Shown in pieces: positions 50,118-61,078 of a stretch of DNA of 64,000 bases. A model generated the notes under the pieces. That model saw nothing but the letters and a program-made list of their open reading frames with translations, ran no database searches and was not told the DNA's origin. Numbering within the stretch: the first letter of the stretch is position 1; each line of letters opens with the position of its first letter. A program made the position numbers and the translations under genes. The stretch is from Tubiluchus corallicola (Eukaryota > Animalia > Priapulida), in assembly GCA_030141605.1 (NCBI GenBank), contig JAQGDQ010000046.1:852789-916788 (forward strand), read 5' to 3'.

Positions 50118-53100
50118 TCAAAGAATGCTGAGCAGTTCGTTTACTATCCTCATTGTATCATCAGTAGTTTTTACAGAGTGTCCGACTGTACGAGGGTCAA
50201 CAAAGATTTCATAATCATTCTCTCCCTATAAGAAGACAGCAATAATTTAGTTTAAAAGTTTTTTAGGGCTGTTGGCTGAAAAGTGCCATCTAACCCTAAG
50301 GAAGTAATCGATGAAGTAAATAACATGTTGCCCTAATTAATAGGTAAGGGAATCATTTTTCAGATGGAAAGGGGACACACTTTGACTTACAGTCAGAAAC
50401 ATTGGGATACTTTTAGGTTAGAATTATAGATACACTTTACTATTCATAATAATCACCAAAATGCTGTTGATAAGAAGCTTAATTTAGAAACTAAATTAAA
50501 AGGCCAGTGAGTGCAACTAGTGGTGACAACTAGGGAAAAATTCAAGTATAAAATTTCAAGTTCATCGTTGGACTGTGCATGTAGGTTAAAATTATACAAG
50601 CCTCTTACAGCTACTGGCATTACAGCAAAAATTGAAACTCCTACTGACATGGCAGTAAAACAGCTACAGCTACTCGCTGGTATATTAGCAAAATCTGATA
50701 CAGCTACTGGCATGGCAGCAAAATCAGTCACAGCTTGCATTGAAGAGCAATTTGGAAAGACCTGTCATAGCCATATCTAAAGAGTTCACGGTTTTTGTCC
50801 ACGGTAATCTGCAGCCTATAATCTATCAAAGGAGTGACGGCTATTTCTTCAGAAAGGATTATAAGCATGCAAGCATGACTAACACAACATTTGTAACATA
50901 AAGAAGGCAAATTATAACAAACTAGCCAAATGCCAAAAGAAAACGTTGCACAAAGTTTAAACTGTGTGAAATGATAAACATTATTAGACCAGCATACTAA
51001 CCAATAATTTTGCAAGCTAAAAAACGTAAAACCTAAACTGGAATTTGAACTTGAGCTCATGAGCAAAATAATAGCACCATGCAAGACCTTATTGATTGTG
51101 TCACAGGCAATTTTTGGAATACTAATTTGTTAATTAGGCCGTTTTCACCACCTTACAATGACAATGGCAGCACTCCTGTATAATGTGTAGGGTCCTAAGA
51201 GAAGGCTTTGCGAAATTCAGTCGCGAATTACATGATTGGCATTCGCGCTGGTTTAGATGTTTTAAAAAAGATTTACATCTGCTTATAACCCACCTTTTCC
51301 TCTTTCCAAAGAGCTATAGAACATTTTTCAAGACTGGAGGCGTAAAACCTTAGTACAGTGGAATAATACTATTGAAAGACATCACCAACAGTTACAGGTA
51401 CATCGGCCTGTTATAACGAACCTCTGGTTATTACGAGTAAATTTCAATGCGTATCAAGTACAGCATAAACAGATGTGCTGGTGGGTCGCCAGCTAACTGA
51501 GTTGTTACAATTGTAACTTACAGTCAATGAAGCAAGCACGATGATTCTGACAGAAAAAGAGTCAGTTTGCGAACTGACACAGTTGAAGCCATTGTTAGAC
51601 TTCAGCAATTTTTTTACTGCTATCGATAATGACGGGTTCTCATGTCTTTCAGAACTTGACAGCTTCCTGAATAAAGCCATGGTGTAATTAAATGTGAAAC
51701 AGGCTAAAATAACAGAGCCTTTAAAAACTACAAACTGTTCTGCTTTGCAAACTAAATAATTCTGTGACTTTTCATATAAATAGAGTGATTTTACCTTAAA
51801 TAACACATAGGGTAGTCAGGGTGTAAACTTAGTTATTAATTAACGTAGGCCCACGCTGAAATGCTCATAATATGCAATAAATTATATATGCCAGGCACAG
51901 CTATTTAAGTAAAAATAGAGACTTTTTAATCTGCACTATGCTGAAACTGATAAAAACCAGTTGTATTTCCCTCCCACTCAGGTCTTGTGCAGGCAGTTAA
52001 ATGCTTATACCGTAACACCTACATAAAACACACTCAAGCTATCATCACACAGAATCATACCAGTGGTAACTCAGAAAAGCATCTTGAGCTGCAGTTTTAT
52101 GCTAGAATTTATTGCATAAAATACACCGTGATCCTAGAAATAACGGAGTTTAAACACTATACATTTACTAGTTCGTAATAAAATGGTTGCTGAACAGAGG
52201 CACTCATTAAAAAACTTGTGCCAGTCTCAAAAGTGCTATTTTCATCGTTATGTTATCCCCTTACAAGGCTTCATTTCTATTTTGTGCATACACTCAGGCA
52301 ATTGACTTTGGCTATAACAAGCCTTGGTTGTTATACTGTGGATTATATTGTGCTATCCAAGCACTTTCGGTGAAAATTTATGCTGGCTTTCAACACTCCT
52401 GCTGCACTGAATAGTTAAAAATTCAGTTACTGTCACATCAAAATTATTTGTCACTGTAATTCATCACATTTTTATTTTATTTTATTTTATTTTATTTTGT
52501 TTTCGTGAATTGTAATTGGCTGTTTCTGTTCCAGATGATGACGCCGCTTGCCGAAAATGTTTGGACAATAATAAATATTGGTTGCACCTGTAACTGTTGA
52601 CGTCGTGCACTACTATAATTCTTCAAGACCATTACAACGCAACTGCACAATAGTGTTTTCACACACTGTTTAGTAAAAATTTTGAAAACTCAGCTACTAT
52701 ATTGCAAACTATCCTGTGTAACGCGGTGTTCAAAACGAGCTTAAATTTTCATAGAAAAAAACTTGGGTATAGTCAGTCGAATATTCAACAATAACAGCTT
52801 TCAAATAATTGACTACAAGCAGCATCTTAACTAAAATCATGCCACAAGCACTGTATCTGTTGTAGGTATTTTGTCAATGTCGTGCTAGACATTCGGAAAC
52901 AGTGCTGATGATGAGCAACCGATCTGATCCAAATAGTCTGGTTTGGCTAATTACCTACGAAATGCTGGTACATTATTTTCATTTCCACCGATCATTTCGA
53001 ACTTTGTCTAAGCGAAAATCTCGTGGGTGTGCCCCAAGATTCTGACCATTCTGCTTACGCATGTTGCGAACTGAACGTTTAAAAAAAACAAAAATACAAA

Positions 53101-56100
53101 TGAAACTACACAAAATAGAAATAAATTTTAAATTAAATAACATGTATACAGGCATATTACTTTATAACATTTTTTCACAAAACACTAAAGTGACTGCCTG
53201 TTGCTTCTTAAAAGCTCTGCTGTATTGACGTTACTGAATGCACTTACTACTTATCAACTGTATAACATGCGCAACATCTAAATCCGTGTCTATTGCTCAT
53301 TGTAGTGAAAAAAAACAGTCTTGTTTGGGAATTTTTAGAAAGTGATTAGATAGACACAATTTACGGTTCAATACAGATTGTGCAAAAAGAAGCCCAGGTA
53401 GGTGTGCAAAATGTTTTAATTAAATTTTTAATCATGGTTGCTGCACTTTTGTCAAGCACACCCTATATATTAACAAACTTGGAAACTTTAGATATGAAAT
53501 TTGCGTGATGATGCAGAAAGGTGAGACTGTTATAGATCTAATAACATTTAAAGTTTGTACAGAGAAAATGTGTAGGCTTACACTATATGTGTACATATAC
53601 ACAATATTGGGGTCAGATTCGGCTGTTAATCAGGTAACATTCGGATTTGCTCCTTGAAAAACAATTTTCAAAATCTGTTTCGGAAAATCCGAATCGAATC
53701 CATAAAAAATAAAAATTCATTATAGGTTCAGACTGGCTAAAACATAATTGAGCACAGTACACTCATATCTTGGTTTGTATGACAAAAGTAGGGTGACGTC
53801 GGTCTGAATTTGCCAATTGTCCGCATTTACCGATACTAAGATAATACAGTAGGCGTCATGCATTAGATTTAGAGTAATGTAGAAAAAATCGCCTAATTGT
53901 CTCAAACATGGCCCACTCCTATGCAAAAGTACATGAAAACTGTCAATAATTGACTCAAGTAACTCTGCATAATTGACTCTACATTGACTGCCTAAATAAG
54001 ATACTTTTGTGTGACCAATTCTTACTTTTGGGCACTATAATATACATAGAAATACTGATGCAATGAAGTAAACAAAGTTAATTAGCGGCCAGCTGGCGAA
54101 ACGACGGACTGTGTTCGTAGTATGCGGGACATTTTAATGACCCAGATTTTGTCAGATTCTTCCGATATCCATAAAAGCGAGTTCTGGCAAACCAAGATAT
54201 GAGTGTACTATTGCCGATGATTTGAACTGGTCTTTAGTCCAGTTGTACAGTTGGATATATAATTATATTACATAAATAAGTAAACCTACTTACTGGATTT
54301 GTTTTGTCACCAAAAAAGTGAATTGTTTTAAAGTTGTCTTTTTCTAGATGCTGTAAACAGTAGGTTTTATCCCAACCTATCGGAAATACATCAAAACTGA
54401 TTTGGCCACCTGCAAAATTACACAAAAGCAATATTTTGAGTTCTGTACAATGAATAAAGTAACAGCAAAAACAAAATGTCTCATAACATGCAAATACCCT
54501 TATTTGTAATTCTGACTTCAAGAAGGGAAAAAACAATTGCGAACTCAGTTAAGCGACCAAAGTTGAACAAAGCTGGTCTAATTAGTAACAGGTTGTATGA
54601 ATCTCTTTTTGGGACGAATTCATCTGCCATAATGTCTTCTGTATTACTTCACCGAGGGAAGGCGTAGTGGTTAAGATACTGCTACTAGTTTTCCTAGAAA
54701 ACCATCTTTAATGATGATAAGGTATCAGACTTGCCACAATAAGCAGTCTAATAAACAAGCCCTATTGTTAACCACTGGATACTGGCTTGAAATACACCAG
54801 ACTACATAAACAAGTAACTAATGTGTGCTGAAATAATGTTATTGTTATTAAGCAACATCAACTTTTTGTGGAATGAATTTTGCTTTTGCTGCAAACTGGC
54901 TTAAATCTAATTTGATATTGTTAATATTTTTATCAAGATTGTAGACGGTGTGTCAATAGCTCTCTACAAATGTAGACTAATACCACATATCAAGTTTAAC
55001 ATCCTAACCAATATACCATGCTGCATGGTTATAAAGAGTACTAATGTTGCACCATACCTATAGAATAATGCAGTCCATTATCTGGGAATTCTTTACGAAG
55101 TGCCTCTACGAATTTGGGTCGAATTTGATGTATCTTGTCGTAAGCATTAAACTCTTCCCGTTCAGACTGTGAACAACTTCTGCCTACAGGACTCACGTTG
55201 ATAAGGCCACTACGGAACTCTATAAATGTTCCCCTGAAAAGTTTACAGTTTTAGGCTAACTACCTACAATAGCTACAAACCCGATGTTAGCCCAACCTGC
55301 TTCATACTTCTGTTAAACATTAAGACATAACAAAAGCAGCCTTATTTGCAGCAGTTAAAACATGTGGCCTTCAGGTTGTTTCTGACTAGTAAAAGTTTTA
55401 CAGTCTTACTAGACTAACTGCTAATAAACTAATACTGTTGAAATAACAAGTATTTGTTATTAACCATTTCACTGCCTCTATGACAAAAATCATCCATCAT
55501 AAAATGCTATTCTGACGACTGTTTACAGTCCTGTTTAATATGCAAATTAACTGACACCTACGCCAGTAGCAATGATGCCTGCACAGGCCAGCCTCACTTT
55601 GTGAATCAGGCAACTGAAAATAAACAGTGGCATTGTCCTCCGTTGGCCAAAAAGTTAATACATAGGCCGTAAAATACCTACATCCAAAAGCATGGGCAAA
55701 ACTTGTAGAAAAGATTACCACTATTACTGAATGTGTATTGAAGTCATTTGGGTTTTGACTTTTGTTTTCTTCCCTATATTTCGCAGACTGAAAAAAATAA
55801 AACTGTTTTTGAAATGACATAATGAAAATTGTTGTTGACGAAAATGCATACTTGTAGCGGTGGTGGCTGACAGCACTGGGGGCAGCAGTAGTCGAAATTA
55901 TGAGGGATGTCAACAACTATGGTGATAGCAGTGATACATGTGATAGTAAAACTGAGATGATGTAGCAAAGTTACAGTGATCTGTAGTACATGTATACTAT
56001 TTGTAACAGTAGTAACTCTCCCTTTTATTAAAATATTCCCCTGCACCAGCAACACTACAAACTGCACAGCAGTGAAGAGGTTAAATTTATCGGTTCCCAC

Positions 56101-59100
56101 ATCACACAAATTTCATTTTTAAGGAAAGATTCAAATCAGCTAATGTTTTGCAAATCTAAAGGCAAGATTTAAGCACTTAAAAGTGATATACTACATGCAG
56201 TTGAGTTGAAAAATTAATCAACTTCACAATGTATTTTCAACCAACAATAGTATAAGTTTAACTAGAAGCTTAAACCAAAACATATACACAGGGCAAAATC
56301 TAGGGATGCACCGAATCCAGTTTTGCCAATTGGGGATCGGATTCAGATCTGTACGTGAATGATTCTACAAATTAATGTAGCTGATATTAAAATTGTTAAT
56401 TAAGTTCAGTGTAGTACTGATTGATACCTTAGTTAAGTTCCTTTCATTGATATGTGAATAAATGAATGCAAATAATTTCCTTATAATGACATTAATCTTT
56501 TACTGAATCAAATATGCATTTGGCTGACAATTAGTCGACAAACTTGAAAGCTAAAATTGTTGTCAGTAATATGTAGTTTATTTTTTTCAAGTTTAGTGGC
56601 TTACTGACAAGTTATTATTAAATAAGAATTGTTGTATATCTAAAGAAGGTAACTTTTTATTTTTTCTTGGTGCAGTGAGTTGACACTTAACAGGTAAAAA
56701 GAAACTACAGTAGGCACCGCTTAATAGACTCACGGTTCATTGACTCAATCGTTTAATTGACTCAAAAACACGGGCACCACCAACAGTTTAAGCACGCCAA
56801 ACACTAAGTGTTTTATGAGAATTTCTGCATCACATAACAACAGATTTTCAAAGTTTTTATCATTACGAGAACTTTGTGAGCCAACTTCCTTGCGACAAAA
56901 TGAAGTAGCTGACTTTGAAGGAATTTTTGCAAAATAAACAGACTTGTGTGATTTAGAAAAGTATACTTTTTAATTTATTGCTAATTCACTTTTAAAATAC
57001 CTTTTCTAATTTTTAACTGTATAAAGGAATTTGAGTATTATTCCATTTCTAAAATTCATTAAAACCCATGTAGTGCATAGTAAGCTGGTACTCATACTTC
57101 TATACCAGTAATACTTCACACATCGGTTAATAGGTTTCAATCGGTTAATTGGGTCAAAACACTTCCCAAAGTGAGTCTATTAAGCGGCACCTACCGCAAT
57201 AGAATTTACTAAGAAGTCTGTACTTGACAATTGGCCTTCAATGCACTCACTCAATTTCATTAGTTTAGCCTCACATAGTGGCATCACTTATGCATTTTCA
57301 GATGTTTCTCTAAAGTTACTACACTGTAAATTTGGACACTTGATCTGCACTTTATTATTACATATACCGCATATAATGTAAACTCTATTTGTTGGGTTTA
57401 CACTAAAAAACTGCCAACTGAACAGCTGTAAATTTGCACACTTTTGCTGCAATAGCGCTATCTTTGCACGTTTCTTGCTGCAAGGAAACACTGTGAAGAC
57501 TGCTGGTATCACAAGGGCTACAAGTGTAAGGGCACAAAAACTAATTCTTTACCTTCAAATTCTTTAAAACACTAAGACTGTTAAGATAATAATTAAACTG
57601 TTACGCTTTTTTTTTCTTAGCCAGACCAGTTTTCCACAAATGGTGCACAATTAATAGTTTCACACATGCAAAAATAGAAAAACAAACAGTGCAAATCCGA
57701 CGTACGATTTTTACCAGATCTGGATCCATTAAAATTACTGAATCTCGAGATTCGGTACATTTCTAGCAAAATCAATAAGGCAGTTCACCAAGTAAAACTT
57801 GCACAGTTCTATAATTTTCAACATTAATATTTACCGTTTTGTTGGAAGCTTCAACTCGGACATGTATCGCAAAGCAAAATTAATAAAGGCTTGTAACTTC
57901 TGTTCCCCCATCTTTTGTTGAATGCTCTAAAATTCAAAACAAAAACAGGAATCGCATTAAGGTGTAACATAATAAGTTTAACATATAGTAGTACCTCAAA
58001 AAAGTCGAGTAGAGAAACAAGTATAGAGTTTAGTAGTATTCTATGTTACTTCCTACAGAAATATTTTGTCTACTCACTGTATTTCTTGTATAAGGCACAG
58101 CATCACTTAAAGACATTTCCATTAACAGTACAATTCTCTGGACATTGCTAAGCCTTTACTGTACATAAAAATTCAACTGCTCATCAGAAAAAACTATAAA
58201 GTAGTAAAAGTGTTAACTAGGCTTTTATTATTGATTCATAAATGAAGAGCCATCTTAACAGCATTATCCACTGCTTTGCCTGGGGGTCCCACCCACACAA
58301 CCAAGCACAGGACTTAAAATGTAAATCAGGGAGGTGCAAGTTATCTGACTAGTCGGGCCACATTAAAGACCGGACGATTGTTTAGACTCAATTTTAATTT
58401 ACTGTCCAAAATATACATTTTCTTGCCTATAAAAGTTAACAAGTGTCCCTTATATTTGAATAAGGTTAATTAATGGCAACCGAACACAGCTATTGCTTAC
58501 GTCAGAAACTAACCACTAATGTCAAGCACATTTGCATAGGTGTTACAATACTGCTTAAACGCATGATGTCACAAAAAATGGGCTTTACATCATATGACGT
58601 CATTCAACTAACACAGCAGTTCATAGTCATGGTTATCACGGTACCGCTTTCTATTTGTCGGCCACGCACACGTGAAAAAAAGGCGCCGCTGCCAATCTTA
58701 GTAGATTCACGGAGCTGTGCGCAGCTTTGAAAGTTTAACAAAATTTGAGTATCCGAGGTAATTATTATTTAATCTAAGCTTTGATTTAAAATAAGCTATT
58801 GTAGTTTTCAATATTTTAGAGCATTCTTTATTCTGAACTCGTGTTTACACAATCATCCGGTTTTCCTTTAAACTTTTCCGCAATTTATGCGGGCCCCATA
58901 CTGTTTGGTCAAGGAGCCAAGAACAGTAGGACCTAATAGCTATTTTTTTGCATTCAATCTTCGCACATCATTACTAGTACACCCAAGAAAGCTATTTTAG
59001 AAGTTATTAAAATTTACATTAAAAACCATAGATTTCAACTTTCATGTAAGGTAGTGGTAATTTTATTACAACGCATATTAGCACAGTGTATCACACAGTC

Positions 59101-60542
59101 TGTGTACTACAGTGCATATTAATCTGTTTTGAAACACTCGATGTTCTTCGATCTTCCTCTTTTTCTTATCCATGTTTCTGATCTATAAGAACACTACACC
59201 TGATGAAACGATGAAGCAACCACTGATCGAGGCGTGTACTACTGAGCCTAAGCAGACACTAGAATCTGGGAATCACCCTATATCGGGGTGACAAGACATT
59301 TTCAGCTTACTGGCTACTTACAAATTGATCTGCCGAGTCGTCTTCTTGGTCATAGTAGGTAAATCATTTTGACTTGGTTATTTTATAATTTTATTTATAA
59401 TTTATTTATCTGTCATTTATTTTGTAAAATAACCAAGTCAAAATGGTTATCACCATACAGACGGAGATGGCACAGCATGAAGTTACTATGGATTATTTAA
59501 CTTTATTTATTTATAGTGCAAAAACAAAAAATAGTCTGCATCTGATGCAGGAATCTCCACAGATATCTACATTTTTTATTATTATTTATTATTAATCAAG
59601 TGTTCAGCTCAAACAGTTACGAGTTCTTTGCAGCGTATTGCTTTATAAGTGGTTTGAAGTCAATGGTGTTCAGGTTATTTATTGACAGCAAGTCACAACA
59701 TACATAAATAGCATGAGCGCCTCGCGCAATTGCTCAGAATGCCCATGTGTTAAGACAGCCCTGCATAAATGCTTATTGATTAGCTGCATTGTCAACTTCA
59801 CAAACGTGGTCAAACTATACAGAAAAGTAAAGTATACTTACTTGCTTATGAATTAGTTTTCCGTTTTTGTGAGCAATCAAACCATTTTCGGAAAAGACGT
59901 ATTCATATTTATTAATGGCTGAAAAATTGAAATAAGTTTGTACAAGTGCCTAACAAGACAACAAACATGCAATGGAGACACCAGATACTTGCAGGCACAA
60001 ATTAAGCTAGTTACCAAGTGATTTTCATCAGCAATATTCCAGAAAATAAACCTGTTTTGTAAAAACACATTTATAAAAAATAATTTAAAAATATATTTAT
60101 TAAAAATAATTAAACTAAAATTAAAAAACCTAGTAGAACAGGGCATAGATTTATATGCAACAAAATATACAAAACTTAGTAATGATACAAAATTGTAATA
60201 AAAAAGATGTATGGTACACAAATTTAAACCTGTGTTTTGCATACAGTGAAGGCAGAAACTGAGAAGGAACTGAAATAGCAGTAGCTGACCCACTTGATCT
60301 TCTGTAGTGATTATTTTTCTTTGAATTTGCTGTACATTATTTGTGGGCTTAATTTTGAGAAGTCTTAATTTATGTGAGATAAGCATAATTATGAAGCACA
60401 GGCAAGGATTAATATACTCACTCTCTTGTTCAGATGCACCAAGCTGCTCGGATATTTTCTGTAAATCAGAGCCACCTACAATTCCAACAACAACCTTCCT
60501 TTTCAGTTCCTCCAAAAACACTTCAACATCCTGCGTGATTTT
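50118..60542 (-). CDS. PMM2: Phosphomannomutase (eukaryotic PMM, HAD IIB family); first exon not found in window
   Basis: Phase-consistent exons 60542-60422, 59918-59842, 57926-57835, 55233-55058, 54409-54294 and 50225-50118 encode [74 protein letters not shown] and GENDYEIF. The exon carrying the DxDGT catalytic motif is absent and presumably lies beyond 64000. Confidence 0.96.
50607..50736 (+). repeat. Degenerate ~30-bp minisatellite
   Basis: About four units related to acagctactggcatggcagcaaaatc. Confidence 0.7.
52468..52503. repeat. (ATTTT)n microsatellite
   Basis: Run of tattt units. Confidence 0.9.
52528..52575 (+). ncRNA. Degenerate minimal hammerhead-like motif (possible Penelope-like element relic)
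   Basis: gttc-CAGATGA-tgacgccgcttgcc-GAAA-atgttt-ggac followed by aataataaa. The core has one mismatch to CUGANGA. Confidence 0.4.
56301..57765. mobile_element. hAT-like MITE with perfect 8-bp target-site duplication
   Basis: TIRs TAGGGATGCACCGAATC / GATTCGGTACATTTCTA; TSD GCAAAATC at 56293-56300 and 57766-57773. Confidence 0.88.
56708..57196. mobile_element. Second copy (inverted) of the Tc1/pogo-like MITE, nested in the hAT MITE
   Basis: TIRs CAGTAGGCACCGCTTAATAGACTC / GAGTCTATTAAGCGGCACCTACCG. Internal sequence matches the reverse complement of 30091-30350. Confidence 0.85.
59362..59448. repeat. Inverted repeat / hairpin
   Basis: cattttgacttggttatttta (59365-59385) is the exact reverse complement of taaaataaccaagtcaaaatg (59425-59445). 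Confidence 0.85.
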
Positions 60543-60815
60543 CTATAACATATTAAAACTTCAGTTTACTAAGTAATTGTTACTGATGTAGTAGACCTAC
60601 ACTGCAAACGTAAGTTAAATTTGTCAGTTTATAGTTTCAAATTGGCATTTTCAGAAAAATAAAAAGTGGCACAGTAATTAAGCATCATCACTTTTACTTA
60701 TGTTTATTAATGTTGTCTTCAGGATCCTTGGTCATATCAAAGCAAAAAAAACCCATTAGCAATGACTACTCAAATCCCCCAGGGAAGAAGAAACCAGTGT
60801 TACCAGTTACCGGTC

Positions 60816-61078
60816 GTTGTCGTCTTCCGTAGGCTACTGCCTGTTGAGGATCTTAACAGTGCTTAACTTTTCACATAAATAAAAAAATCATATCTCTCTG
60901 AACATTGACTTGTTCACGGTTCCGGTAAAAAACTATGGCTGTCTGTGTTGTTGTCGTCTTCCCTAAGCTACTGCCTGTTGAGGATCTTAACAGCGCTTAA
61001 CTTTTCACAAAATAAAAAAATCATATCTCTCCGAACATTGACTTGTTCACGGTTTCGGTAAAAAACTATGGCTATCTG
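60816..61078. repeat. Tandem duplication, 134-bp period, at the 3' end of the CR1 element
   Basis: gttgtcgtcttcc...actatggct.tctg occurs at 60816 and 60950 with few mismatches. Confidence 0.92.

Noticed and set aside
54655-54690. tRNA gene
   Set aside because: Only an A-box-like GGCGTAGTGGTTAAG with no B box or cloverleaf; at most a SINE remnant.
59877-60521. 214-aa membrane protein ORF
   Set aside because: It is a PMM exon read through into an AT-rich intron.
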